Origin: a virus
Direction: 5' to 3' (one strand)
Virus record (IMG/VR): IMGVR_UViG_3300031857_015401
Location: 1-64,000 of that record
Length of the DNA: 64,000 nucleotides
A model generated the notes under the pieces. That model saw nothing but the letters and a program-made list of their open reading frames with translations, did no database searches and had not been told where the DNA came from. Below are positions 1 through 10,024 of this stretch, in pieces (positions within the stretch are counted from its first letter, which is position 1; each line of letters begins with the position of its first letter). Position numbers and translations under genes: made by a program.

Positions 1-1
1 G

Positions 2-1282
2 ACCTATAGTTGTACCGGTATTTCCATAATCTGTCCAATCAAGACTAAAAGCATATGATTGTCTTTGTAGTGTGTCGTCACTAGGTCCGTTAGCATTTGT
101 TGTACTATTCCAACCATACTCTCTAATATTTGGTACTAAATATTCTGCTCTTTGTACTGACTGACCAAAGGATTCATTTTGATATTGAATTTTAAATCTA
201 TATTTTGCCTTTGTTGGTATTCCGACTGTAGGGTCGTTTGATAAAATCTGTTCTCCAAATTCATTTGTTGTAACATAATCTAAATTCATAGGTACTTCTG
301 TAAGCCATGTTCCCTCATTATCAATTATATTACCTCCTTGATCTAAATTATGTTGTTCTAATATTGGTAGTCCTGCTGCGTCTGAATAAATTGTTTGTCT
401 AATTGCTAAAATTCTACCAGGGGCAGTAACTAAATCACAAAGATTTCCTGAGTCAAATTTAGGTTTGCAATTAGATTGTAATGCGTCTTCATCTGTCGTT
501 GAGAAAATTGAACCCATAAAAATTGCTTGTGGTTCTATTTTTATTCCCGAATCTCTTAAATCAAAATCAACTCTTGTTATACCTATGTTACATAAATCTT
601 CCTCACCCCAAAAAGACGCGACTTCAACTTCTTTTTTTTGATTAATTATTTGTGGTAAAGAATCTAAGTCAGTAGATGACCTAAAAGAAGGCCCATCAAA
701 CTGACCTTCACTACCCATACCCATTCTTATTAAATCAGATGGTCTTAATGAAAAACAACCTATGTTTGATAAATCGGCATCCATAATTATTATTTGTTGT
801 CCTAAAGGGACACCAACAATCATGAAATCACCGCTATCGTTAGTTCTGGCGGTGTATTTATAATATTTTTCATAAACTTCTAAAACCTCACTTCTTGTTA
901 AAACATCTTCTCTATCAGGAAAAGTACCTGTAGGGTTATGTCCTCCATATTCTTGAACGTAAGGTAATAAGTTATACCTATATCCGTCTTCGTTTTTGTC
1001 TGTTAGTGTTTTATATGGGTATAATGTGGATATAACAGGATCTTCGTCATCTTCGTTTGATAATGGCACAAAAACGGATACACTAACATTTGGTACCCCA
1101 TAACCTCCATTTGTTATTACTCTACCAGCAATTACACCATAATCGGCACAAAACCTAGTATAAAGGTCTGATTGTTTTAATTTTAAAGATAGAATTTCAA
1201 TAAAATCAAAGTCTTGATCGATTTTGATTCTTATGTTCTTATCTATACCCGGTGTTGTTCTTAATCTATAATTTTTAGACAT
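2..1282 (-). CDS. Large virion structural (baseplate/tail-associated) protein, N-terminal part; runs off the left edge
   Basis: Not in the ORF track. ATG at 1282 opens MSKNYRLRTTPGIDKNIRIKIDQDFDFIEILSLKL... with no stop before the window edge. Follows the baseplate wedge genes and has a TATTTAT motif upstream. Confidence 0.7.
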   Translation of the reverse strand, partial: MSKNYRLRTTPGIDKNIRIKIDQDFDFIEILSLKLKQSDLYTRFCADYGVIAGRVITNGGYGVPNVSVSVFVPLSNEDDEDPVISTLYPYKTLTDKNEDGYRYNLLPYVQEYGGHNPTGTFPDREDVLTRSEVLEVYEKYYKYTARTNDSGDFMIVGVPLGQQIIIMDADLSNIGCFSLRPSDLIRMGMGSEGQFDGPSFRSSTDLDSLPQIINQKKEVEVASFWGEEDLCNIGITRVDFDLRDSGIKIEPQAIFMGSIFSTTDEDALQSNCKPKFDSGNLCDLVTAPGRILAIRQTIYSDAAGLPILEQHNLDQGGNIIDNEGTWLTEVPMNLDYVTTNEFGEQILSNDPTVGIPTKAKYRFKIQYQNESFGQSVQRAEYLVPNIREYGWNSTTNANGPSDDTLQRQSYAFSLDWTDYGNTGTTIG

Positions 1283-1354
1283 GGTTCTCTTTGTTCATAA
1301 ATAGTTATGTTACTATTTTTAAAAGTAAGTTTGTATGTTTAAAAATAAAGAATC

Positions 1355-3193
1355 TTATGAGAAATTAACCGTTCCTAAAGTTTTAACCCTAACTTTAATG
1401 TCTTTATTTGGAAATCGTACTTGGTATATCTGATCGGGTTCAGCAAATATTGTATCATCAACTAATTCAATTTGTTTTGTTGCCGGATCAACATATCTTT
1501 GTGATGTTTCAGATGATGAATACTGACCACCAACTTTATTATATACATTAATTGCTGTTAATGTATTAACACCGTTAATTGCTTGTACAATTCTTCTTAA
1601 ATCAGATATATTAACATTTTGACCAAGTTCTCTTTTACCTGGTTCCATATAGTCTGTAACTGTGTTAATTATTTGTGTTATTATTTGCGATCTTGACCCG
1701 ATGTTTTCAGTAACAACAAAAAATTCTAATTCTAAATCAATAACCTTTGCAACTTCAATTGATATATAGTCATTAATCATTCTATATTTAGAAAGGTATG
1801 TTGCTAAGTTAGTTTTAAGATTATTGGAAACTGTTTGTGTTAACGATCCATTAGCATCAAAAGATAATATTTTAATTAATATTTTATTATCAATTTCAGT
1901 TATAGATACTTTCGCAGGTGCCCCGAATTGTCCTGGCATGGTATCGATTAAAGATTTATAGTCATTTACTGTCACCGCCCTTCTTTGGGAGGCGAAATTA
2001 AACGTAACCATATTTCTTACTTCTTCAATTGTTGGTTGATTTGATCCTCCGATTGCTGCACTCACATTAGTAACCGTAATTGATTGTGTAACGCTTTGAT
2101 TATAACTAGAACTACTACCATTAACAAAGAAATTAGGATTTATTACTTGGTTTATTGCTCCTACCCCAATATTTGACGTAATACCACCACCTATTCTATA
2201 TTGTACAAATAATGTTGTATTTGGTTTAACGGTTAAACCCAACCCTATATTGTTTTGATAATTTTGTAGTTTTAAAGTAACTCCCGTTCTAGAAAATTGT
2301 TGTAATTGCTCATTTGGGGTAGTAGTTCCCGCACCAAATTGTATTTTTAAAAACCCTTCTGGGGTGTATTCAGTTATAAATCTATTGTCAGTTTTAATAT
2401 ATGTACCAACTTTTACCCCAGCATTATCAACTGGTTTAGTTGAATCTTCAATAAAAACAGTATCCTCAACTAAAGAATCAACTTGATACCACCTACCTTC
2501 GGTACCAGCAAATTCAGCATAGGTTGGTGTGTTTTGATAAGATGTTCCGTCTTTTTGTATTATTGATGTTACCCCTAAAACATTTTTTTCAGGTAAAAAC
2601 AAACTATAAAATGGAACAACGTTGTTTGGATTTATTACAGTTTTAAACACTTTAGTGGTACCATTAACTATCACTTCTCTTTTAGTTATAACATAATTTA
2701 CTAAACTGTTATTTTGGTCAAAAGTAGGTACTTTAGTCCTATTAATAGACCCTTCAATATTAAAATCAGAATTAAAGTCAATATCATATAAATTTTCAAA
2801 AATAGTACCTCCACCACCAAATTGAGACCCGGCTCTTAAAATACCACAATAACTACTATCTTCTTGATCTCCATTAGCGGGAACAGTAATAGAAATATCA
2901 GCAATTGCAACTGAAGGTCTAAAACCAGGTATTTTTAAACCATACGTTCTAGCAATGTTAAAAACTGATGACCTTTGTTGTGCGTATTGTAAAACTGTTT
3001 CTTGAATACTTCTATCAATATGAAAATGTAGGTTATCAGTAACTGCAGCATTTAAATCCATCAAAACAGAAAATACAGATGCGTCATTAAAGTTTTGAAT
3101 TAATTCGGGATAATATTGTTGCGTGAAATTTATAAGCTCTTGTCTTATTCCTTCAAAATCTCTTTCTGTGTATGATATTTTTTTATTAGCCAT
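1355..3193 (-). CDS. Baseplate wedge protein (T4 gp6 / baseplate J-like)
   Basis: N-terminal YTERDFEGIRQELINF...ETVLQYAQQRSSVFNIARTYG and later GGSNQPTIEEVR...QRRAVTVNDY are typical gp6/J signatures; adjacent to a gp25-like gene. Confidence 0.88.
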   Translation of the reverse strand: MANKKISYTERDFEGIRQELINFTQQYYPELIQNFNDASVFSVLMDLNAAVTDNLHFHIDRSIQETVLQYAQQRSSVFNIARTYGLKIPGFRPSVAIADISITVPANGDQEDSSYCGILRAGSQFGGGGTIFENLYDIDFNSDFNIEGSINRTKVPTFDQNNSLVNYVITKREVIVNGTTKVFKTVINPNNVVPFYSLFLPEKNVLGVTSIIQKDGTSYQNTPTYAEFAGTEGRWYQVDSLVEDTVFIEDSTKPVDNAGVKVGTYIKTDNRFITEYTPEGFLKIQFGAGTTTPNEQLQQFSRTGVTLKLQNYQNNIGLGLTVKPNTTLFVQYRIGGGITSNIGVGAINQVINPNFFVNGSSSSYNQSVTQSITVTNVSAAIGGSNQPTIEEVRNMVTFNFASQRRAVTVNDYKSLIDTMPGQFGAPAKVSITEIDNKILIKILSFDANGSLTQTVSNNLKTNLATYLSKYRMINDYISIEVAKVIDLELEFFVVTENIGSRSQIITQIINTVTDYMEPGKRELGQNVNISDLRRIVQAINGVNTLTAINVYNKVGGQYSSSETSQRYVDPATKQIELVDDTIFAEPDQIYQVRFPNKDIKVRVKTLGTVNFS

Positions 3194-3198
3194 ATTAA

Positions 3199-3660
3199 TT
3201 AAATATTAATTATTACAAATTCTCTAGACCCAAAAGCGCTAGCGTTATCAATATATTCTATTTTTACCTTAGCTGTGTATTCTTCTGTGTTAGCCCCTGG
3301 TACTCTATAGACAGGTATATCAAATTGTTCCGATGATAATTCACCAAGTGATGGTTCAGTATCAATATAAGGTTCAATAGTTATATTTTGTATTACTAAA
3401 TTAGGTATATATTTACTTACCGATTCTTGTATTTCTGATTTAATGTTTTCAAATGTTTCTCCGTCTAATGGTTCAAAAATATACTCATATAGTCTTGTAC
3501 CAAAATCAGGTAAATAATATCTCGTTCCCTTTCTAGTTAATAATAAATGAATTAAGTTACTTCTTATTTCATCATCTGTTTGTTCAGAAAGTGCCAAAAA
3601 TTTACCATTAGTACTTTGCCTAAACGGGAATATTATACCATAAGTAATACCATCTGCCAT
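3199..3660 (-). CDS. Baseplate wedge protein gp25/GPW-like
   Basis: IRSNLIHLLLTRKGTRYYLPDFGTRLYEYIFEP is the GPW_gp25 motif. Confidence 0.9.
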   Translation of the reverse strand: MADGITYGIIFPFRQSTNGKFLALSEQTDDEIRSNLIHLLLTRKGTRYYLPDFGTRLYEYIFEPLDGETFENIKSEIQESVSKYIPNLVIQNITIEPYIDTEPSLGELSSEQFDIPVYRVPGANTEEYTAKVKIEYIDNASAFGSREFVIINI

Positions 3661-3692
3661 ATTAAATAAATATAGTGTTGGTAAATTTTATA

Positions 3693-3724
3693 TAAATAAA
3701 AAAATCCTTACTTTCGTAAGGATT
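3693..3724 (-). terminator. Intrinsic terminator ending the replication/RNR operon
   Basis: Minus strand AATCCTTAC-GAAA-GTAAGGATT followed by TTTTTATTT; overlaps the stop codon of the 75-aa ORF. Confidence 0.85.
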
Positions 3725-3935
3725 CTTTAAGGTTTTGATTTCCTCTTTCGTATTGAGGTTCATAAGGACAATGTAAACACCTACTTCCACAACACTTACC
3801 TCTTCTTATATGATAATCTTCGGTCATAACCATTCTACCTTGGTTATCATAATAGAATTCGTTTGGTTGTAGTTTAGGTCCGAATTCCCTAACATATAAT
3901 TGTTGTACCCAATCTTTTGATGCGTTTACTGTCAT
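3708..3935 (-). CDS. Small Cys-rich protein, DUF5522-like
   Basis: FYY...GRMVMTEDYHIRRGKCCGSRCLHCPY matches the DUF5522 pattern (RG.CCG..C.HCPY). Confidence 0.75.
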   Translation of the reverse strand: MTVNASKDWVQQLYVREFGPKLQPNEFYYDNQGRMVMTEDYHIRRGKCCGSRCLHCPYEPQYERGNQNLKESLRK

Positions 3936-3938
3936 GAC

Positions 3939-5798
3939 TTATACTATTTCACATGCCCCACCAGCACAAGCGGCTTCACCTCTAAGGTCGGTATTATCTT
4001 GTAACTCAACAACTTTAGTTAAATCAACATCAGTTAATGTTTTAACTAATCTTTCAAAGTCTTCTTTTGTACAATCTTCAAAAGGTGCTTGTGTGTAAGT
4101 TCCTCCATTATATGGTAATACAGATAGTCCATTATAAAAATCTCTGTTATTCCACATCCAATCACCAACTAAATCCCACTCATCTTCTTTAATTGAAACG
4201 GTTGCAGATACATTATGTGTGTTTTGACCGTTTCTGTGTCCAGGTTTAATCCATTCTTGAGAAACTTTCTTAACTCTTTCTAACATCTGAAATACTGACT
4301 CGTGTCTAACAATAGACCCTTCTGGTGCTCTTTGTGGGATAGTAATAACCGCAGTGTCGTGAGGACGGAAAAACTCATCTTCAATTAACTCAGGGTGATT
4401 AATCGCCAAGTAAGAATAGATTGATTCGTTTTTACCAACACGGATTCTTCTTAAATAGAAGTCATTATGCCAAGCGTGAATTCCTGATGAGGTTCCTAAC
4501 ACTAACGATGAGGTTCCTGATGGTTTAACGGTCGTTGTTCTTGCTGATTTATTAATTTTAATAAGTTCAGCAACTCTTTCGTTTTCTTCTTTAACGGCCT
4601 TAGCCGCTTTTTTCATGTCATACCCTAAAACAACACCTGAACCAATACCTGTCATACCAACACCAATAAGTGCATCTTTTTCAGTTGTTCTTTTCCAAAT
4701 ATCTCTTAAATAATGGAAGTCAGTATAACCAGCCTGTAATGTACCAATAAATGCGGCTGCTCTAACTCTTTTTTCAAAATCTTCTTGTGATTCGATATCT
4801 GAAGCATTTACCTCACATAAGTTACAAAATTGGAATGGTCTTAGTGCGATTTCACAACAAGGGTTTGTTCCCCAATCTTTATCGTTAGATAGATAAATTC
4901 CAGGTTCTCCTGCCCCTGATAATTCAATACGTTTCCAAAGATCCATAAAGAATTCTTTTGTGATTTTGTGACGAAGAAGTACCGCTGAGTTATTTGCTCT
5001 ACCTCTTTGTGCGTTTTGTTCCCACCAATTTCCTGACTTACAAGAAATCATTTCTTCATCATCAGCCGAGAATAATGAAATAAGTGCCGCTCTTCTGATA
5101 CCACCAGCTAGAACTGCGTCAGCAATATGACATACGATATCGTGAGTTTCAATTGGTGTTAATTTTTCACCGTCTTTTTTGTTATCCAACACTTTAGTAA
5201 TGTGGTGAATACAATCTTTTAACGGTTGAGGTCCTGGTGCTTTACCTCCTGATGTTACAAGCATCGCCCCTTTTTGTCTAATATCTGAAAAGTCAAAAAT
5301 AGGTGTTGATGACTTATAACCTAAATACGATTCCATTAACACTTTAATGGCATCTGCCCATCCTTCAATTGAGTCACCAATTAAGTAACGTCTTGTTCTT
5401 TCAGGATTTGGTTTTTTAATATCTGGTAATTTTTCAACGTGGTGTTTTTGAACTGAGTAACCAACTCCTGTTCCACCTAAAAGTAAAAACATAGTTTCAG
5501 AAAATGAATCTACGTGGTCAATTGGCATGTAAGCACAATTATAAATTCTGTTTGGTGAAATCTCAATTGGTTTCCCACCAAATTGTAATGATCTCATTGA
5601 TGGTAATACTTTCTTGTCGTATACCATTTTATATACCTCCTCTATCTCATCTTTAATGTGGGGGTACTTACGTTGGTGCATTTCTTTGTTTCTTGTTACC
5701 AACTCTTCCCAAGTCTCTCTCCTGTTTAATTCAGGTTGAAACTTAGCGTATTTCATAAAGACAGTAATGTCACTTAATATTTTTTGCGAAATATCCAT
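3939..5798 (-). CDS. nrdJ: Class II (adenosylcobalamin-dependent) ribonucleotide reductase, monomeric RTPR type
   Basis: NCAY, GTGVGYSV, GGIRRAALI, TNPCCEI, TTVKPSGT and C-terminal ACAGGACEI redox pair; no ATP cone and no nrdB nearby. Confidence 0.92.
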   Translation of the reverse strand: MDISQKILSDITVFMKYAKFQPELNRRETWEELVTRNKEMHQRKYPHIKDEIEEVYKMVYDKKVLPSMRSLQFGGKPIEISPNRIYNCAYMPIDHVDSFSETMFLLLGGTGVGYSVQKHHVEKLPDIKKPNPERTRRYLIGDSIEGWADAIKVLMESYLGYKSSTPIFDFSDIRQKGAMLVTSGGKAPGPQPLKDCIHHITKVLDNKKDGEKLTPIETHDIVCHIADAVLAGGIRRAALISLFSADDEEMISCKSGNWWEQNAQRGRANNSAVLLRHKITKEFFMDLWKRIELSGAGEPGIYLSNDKDWGTNPCCEIALRPFQFCNLCEVNASDIESQEDFEKRVRAAAFIGTLQAGYTDFHYLRDIWKRTTEKDALIGVGMTGIGSGVVLGYDMKKAAKAVKEENERVAELIKINKSARTTTVKPSGTSSLVLGTSSGIHAWHNDFYLRRIRVGKNESIYSYLAINHPELIEDEFFRPHDTAVITIPQRAPEGSIVRHESVFQMLERVKKVSQEWIKPGHRNGQNTHNVSATVSIKEDEWDLVGDWMWNNRDFYNGLSVLPYNGGTYTQAPFEDCTKEDFERLVKTLTDVDLTKVVELQDNTDLRGEAACAGGACEIV

Positions 5799-5822
5799 TT
5801 TTTACAAATTTAATAATTTATT

Positions 5823-7205
5823 TTAAGATTCTTGTTGTTCTTTTTGTTTTTTTCTCTCTAACAGTTCTTTTATTCTGTTACGATTTTTTTCTTCCTTTTG
5901 TTCTTCATGACCTAAGAAAGTCACACTTTGTTCAGTATCAATTTCTAACATACCATTATCAAACTTACAGTTTTCAAATATGATACCGTCCTTTCCAATT
6001 CTTGACTTTGTAATCGCAATAGTTGCTAAATTCATTTCTTTTTGTTGTAATGACTTAGCAACTGTAATGATTACGTGTCCTACTTGAGCCTTTTTAATCG
6101 ATCCACCCATTTGATCTGTTGTCACAACTTCAGATGAAATTGAGTTTCTATTACCTTGTGTAGCTGTCCAACCTGCGATGTCTAATTCATGACACATCGC
6201 TTCAAATCCTCGCATGACCGATCCTTCGCTTTTCCATTCATCACCTAACATCTTGTCAGGAACAACACAATCAATATAATCTAAAATAATCATATCAATT
6301 TTAGTTCCTTCGGCAATCATCTTTCTTACTTGATTTTTAATCTGATTCATAGTTACAGTATCAGAAGCCAACTTTTTCATTATCAACTTATTTTTTCTTG
6401 TTGATTGAATGTGTTTAACTTTTTCCATAACTTCTGCTTTATTTTCAGATAAATCATCAGGATGAATACCGGTCCAAAGTGTAAAGTGTTTTCTTTGAAT
6501 AATTTTTGGGTTGTCTTCAAAAAATATTTGAAGTACGTTATACCCTAAGTTAAATGCGTGATTTGCAATTTTGGTTGTGAACGTTGATTTACCAACTCCG
6601 GTAGGGGCTAAAATAACGCCAATCTCTCCTTTGGCTAATCCTCCTTTTAATAAATTATCAATACCGGGTACACCAATAGGAATTGGGTGTCTGTAATCGT
6701 CGTCCAAAACCTCATCAAGGTTAAAAAATACATCACTTGTTCCTTTATCAACTTCACCAACTTGTATGGCTCCCCTAACCATTTCTTCTAACTTATCATA
6801 ACTTTCAAAATCACCTTTGTCGATGATTGATTGTGCTTTAGTCATTACTTTTTGGAGCTCTTGCTGTTTGCAAAATTTTAAGGATTTTTCTTGAACAAAC
6901 ATAGACCCTTCGTCAGATACTTCTTTAACTTGCTTTAATGTATCTAAAACGCTCTTTTGAGCCATTGCAGAGGTTATTTCTGATTTGGTTAGTTGTTCTA
7001 AGGTATCAAATGTCGGTGTATGCTCATAATTTGAATAATATTCTTTAATCATTTGACAAATGATTCTAAAATATTGGTTGTCAAAATAATGAGGATCAAT
7101 TACTTCAAGGATAGAATTAGAGAAATCTTTGTATGTAATAATGTTATTTAATAATTGAATTTGAAAAGTATTTCCTAAGTATCCGAAGTTTTTTTTGTCT
7201 GACAT
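5823..7205 (-). CDS. Replicative DNA helicase (DnaB / T4 gp41 family)
   Basis: Walker A APTGVGKS, Walker B IILDYID, WTATQGNR and KSRIG motifs. Confidence 0.92.
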   Translation of the reverse strand: MSDKKNFGYLGNTFQIQLLNNIITYKDFSNSILEVIDPHYFDNQYFRIICQMIKEYYSNYEHTPTFDTLEQLTKSEITSAMAQKSVLDTLKQVKEVSDEGSMFVQEKSLKFCKQQELQKVMTKAQSIIDKGDFESYDKLEEMVRGAIQVGEVDKGTSDVFFNLDEVLDDDYRHPIPIGVPGIDNLLKGGLAKGEIGVILAPTGVGKSTFTTKIANHAFNLGYNVLQIFFEDNPKIIQRKHFTLWTGIHPDDLSENKAEVMEKVKHIQSTRKNKLIMKKLASDTVTMNQIKNQVRKMIAEGTKIDMIILDYIDCVVPDKMLGDEWKSEGSVMRGFEAMCHELDIAGWTATQGNRNSISSEVVTTDQMGGSIKKAQVGHVIITVAKSLQQKEMNLATIAITKSRIGKDGIIFENCKFDNGMLEIDTEQSVTFLGHEEQKEEKNRNRIKELLERKKQKEQQES

Positions 7206-7243
7206 ATTGTGTAGAATTTAATGTGATTTACTAATAAATACTG

Positions 7244-7696
7244 TTAAGCGAATGAATAATTCAAGTAATTAAAAGATAAATTTTTCTCTGATAAAATGTC
7301 AGTTAGTTCTCTTAAAATGTTTTTTATGGATGGGCGTATATCCAGGGTATATCTTACCTTTGGTGGGTATAATTTCGCATCAATAATTCTATGACAAATT
7401 GTCTCATTTCCGACCTTTAAAATAATGTTAAATACTTCAGGTCCGTCTGTGTTTGATGTTTCTAATACGGTTGGGTCTTCTTCAATTTGAAATCTATTTT
7501 CTAACATATAGACCATACACTTGTTTCTTAATTTTGTTTGTAACTCTTCTGACAACTCTTTAATGTAGTCATATAATTCAATACTATTTTTAACTTTAGG
7601 GTTATATCCCTTAACATTAAAAAATCTTTGTACAACAAAATTATTGTTAAGTGTCATTAAGAATTCAACCTTTGTTACATCATTCTGCTCTTTCAT
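7244..7696 (-). CDS. Hypothetical protein in the replication operon
   Basis: 150-aa ORF tightly packed between the exonuclease and helicase genes. Confidence 0.7.
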   Translation of the reverse strand: MKEQNDVTKVEFLMTLNNNFVVQRFFNVKGYNPKVKNSIELYDYIKELSEELQTKLRNKCMVYMLENRFQIEEDPTVLETSNTDGPEVFNIILKVGNETICHRIIDAKLYPPKVRYTLDIRPSIKNILRELTDILSEKNLSFNYLNYSFA

Positions 7697-7699
7697 AAT

Positions 7700-8707
7700 T
7701 TACTTTTTTGTTTTAAAATTGTTTTTTTCTTTTCTTGTTAACTTTAAAAATGGTTTTAAAAAATATACCCACTGTTCATCCCCTTTTGGTAGGTATTTAA
7801 ATAATCCGTCTTCCATCATCATCCGAATTAAGTTTTTATATCCTCTTCCGTCAGGATCCAATGACTCAGAGTAATATGCTTCAACTAATTCTTTTCCTTC
7901 TTCACTTATTAAGGGTTGTGACAAATCTACGATTTTTTTATTAATTTCAAAAAACTCGTCACCAAAAATTCCCTCTTTTGTTTTTCCTGTGAGTAAATTT
8001 TTAAGAACTGTATTATCTTTTTGTTCTTTTAAAAGTTCTTCACCTTTTGATAAAATATCTGAAAAAGAAACTTCTTTTTCAAGTATCTCAGGAAATAATT
8101 TGATAAATGTCTTTTCTCCTAAATAATAAATTCCATCAATATTATCTGATTTATCTCCTGATAATATTTTAAATGTTTTAACATTGTAGTGTGGGATTTC
8201 TATTTCGTGTAGTTTAATCATATCACCCTTCTTATAGTACTTCTTTGTGTTGGGTGAATAGATTGTCACATCCTCTGAAATAAGTTGCGTAAGGTCTCTA
8301 TCTGCACTAAATATTGTTTTATACTCTCCTTTTGATATTTGACAATAATAGGCGATTAAGTCATCCGCTTCAGAATTATCAAACTCAACTTGTCTAACAA
8401 ACATTTCCTCTAAATATTGTTTAACTCGTTGTCTTTGATTGTAGAAGGATTCTTCTTTTAGTTGATTGTCTGATGGTTTTCGGTTGAGTTTGTATTTTGG
8501 GTAGATGATTCTTCTTTGGGACGAACTAGTTTCACCATCCCAAAATACTACAACCTTATTGAAGTTAGATTCGTCAATGAACCTACGTAATGTATTTAAG
8601 AAATGCCAAATACCTCCTATGTGTTGTCCGTTGTTAAAGTAATCTTTAACTCCGTGAAATCCTATTTTTAATAAGTTGTTCCCGTCAACTAATAAAGTTT
8701 TGGTCAT
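7700..8707 (-). CDS. 5'-3' exonuclease / flap endonuclease (T4 RNase H-like)
   Basis: LLVDGNNL, VFWDG, YKLNR, EADDLIA, SADRDLTQL and GDKSDNIDG motifs. Confidence 0.92.
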   Translation of the reverse strand: MTKTLLVDGNNLLKIGFHGVKDYFNNGQHIGGIWHFLNTLRRFIDESNFNKVVVFWDGETSSSQRRIIYPKYKLNRKPSDNQLKEESFYNQRQRVKQYLEEMFVRQVEFDNSEADDLIAYYCQISKGEYKTIFSADRDLTQLISEDVTIYSPNTKKYYKKGDMIKLHEIEIPHYNVKTFKILSGDKSDNIDGIYYLGEKTFIKLFPEILEKEVSFSDILSKGEELLKEQKDNTVLKNLLTGKTKEGIFGDEFFEINKKIVDLSQPLISEEGKELVEAYYSESLDPDGRGYKNLIRMMMEDGLFKYLPKGDEQWVYFLKPFLKLTRKEKNNFKTKK

Positions 8708-8728
8708 TAATTTTTTTTTACAAGGTTC

Positions 8729-9736
8729 TTACTCTACTTCTTCTTTTTCTGCTTTCAAATCAAAGTCACCATCAACTCCGATTATCTCTTTCCAATACTC
8801 GGCATAATCTTTTTTGTATTGTTCAATTGATGCCTTTTCTTCTGACGCCTCCTTACCCGGTAAAAACCCGTGTGGTGTCACAATAATTTTACCGTCTTCA
8901 AACCCAAGTCCATTGATGTGGTTTTTCATAACAGATACTTTTGTTCTTGACGCAAACTTAACTGTTCTCTTGTCTTTTGTTGCGGTAATCTTAGTTGTAC
9001 CAGCACCTTTTTGGTTTCCAAATAAAAATACTAAAGATGAGTTTAACCAAATTGCTTCTCCACCTTTTGCTTTAATTTTTGGTTGACCAAATGGGTTGTC
9101 AGGTAATTCTACCCATGGTTGGTTAACAATGATAAGGGTATTTTCATATTTTGAATCCGCTTTACGTGATCCTGATATTCTTTGATTAATACCCATACCA
9201 ATCTTGTCAGCCAATACTGATGCGTTGTGTTGTTTTCCACCTTTACCTTCGTAAGTCATCTTACAAGGAACTGAACCAACAGAATCCCACATAATACATA
9301 ATGAATAGTCTAAATCCCCTTTTTCTTGTGCATCTAACAAATCATTAATATAGTCTGTTATTTGTTCTATATAATCAAAGTTATTATTGAATATATAAAA
9401 CCCGTCCCACTCTAATTCGCCTGTTTCAGTATCAACAACCTCCTCACATTCAAAACCCATAAGTTTAGCATGTTCAAAAGACCACTTTTGTTCTGTAATA
9501 ATAAAAACAGGTAGTATTCCTTTCTTTTGTGCATCAACAGCGGTTTTTACTAAGGCGGTTGTTTTACCTGTGTCTGAATGACCTAAAAACATATTGATGT
9601 GTCCCATAGCAGGACCTGGTAGTCCAACAGCATCTAAGAAAGGTTCGCCAAGATCAAAAAACCTTTGTGGTTTATATTTTGCCGATGTAGAAAATTTTTT
9701 CTTTAATGAACTAAAATCATTCTTCTTTATTGCCAT
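8729..9736 (-). CDS. uvsX: RecA/UvsX-like recombinase
   Basis: GHSDTGKT Walker A, WDSVGS Walker B, IIVNQ and KGGEA motifs. Confidence 0.88.
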   Translation of the reverse strand: MAIKKNDFSSLKKKFSTSAKYKPQRFFDLGEPFLDAVGLPGPAMGHINMFLGHSDTGKTTALVKTAVDAQKKGILPVFIITEQKWSFEHAKLMGFECEEVVDTETGELEWDGFYIFNNNFDYIEQITDYINDLLDAQEKGDLDYSLCIMWDSVGSVPCKMTYEGKGGKQHNASVLADKIGMGINQRISGSRKADSKYENTLIIVNQPWVELPDNPFGQPKIKAKGGEAIWLNSSLVFLFGNQKGAGTTKITATKDKRTVKFASRTKVSVMKNHINGLGFEDGKIIVTPHGFLPGKEASEEKASIEQYKKDYAEYWKEIIGVDGDFDLKAEKEEVE

Positions 9737-10013
9737 CTTTTTGTTCGTTTAATAATTTTAACATGTCTTCAGTTATTTCAAACTTGTCGTCTCTTTTTAC
9801 GTTATATTTGTAAACTGTTTCCAACATTTCTAACTTGTCTTTTGCGTTTGTCATTTTTTCAACAAGTACATCCATTTCTTCTAAATGTTGTGGGTGTTCA
9901 CCAATACCAACAGGGTTATTGAAATATACTAATAATGTTGCTTCTGCGTATGCCATCTCTGACCTATATTTCAAGGTCAGAGCTTCATACATTTTTTCTG
10001 ATATCTTATTCAT
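9717..10013 (-). CDS. Hypothetical phage protein
   Basis: 98-aa helical ORF with NPVGIGEHP motif, overlapping the uvsX start. Confidence 0.7.
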   Translation of the reverse strand: MNKISEKMYEALTLKYRSEMAYAEATLLVYFNNPVGIGEHPQHLEEMDVLVEKMTNAKDKLEMLETVYKYNVKRDDKFEITEDMLKLLNEQKDGNKEE

Positions 10014-10024
10014 ATTTTATTATG

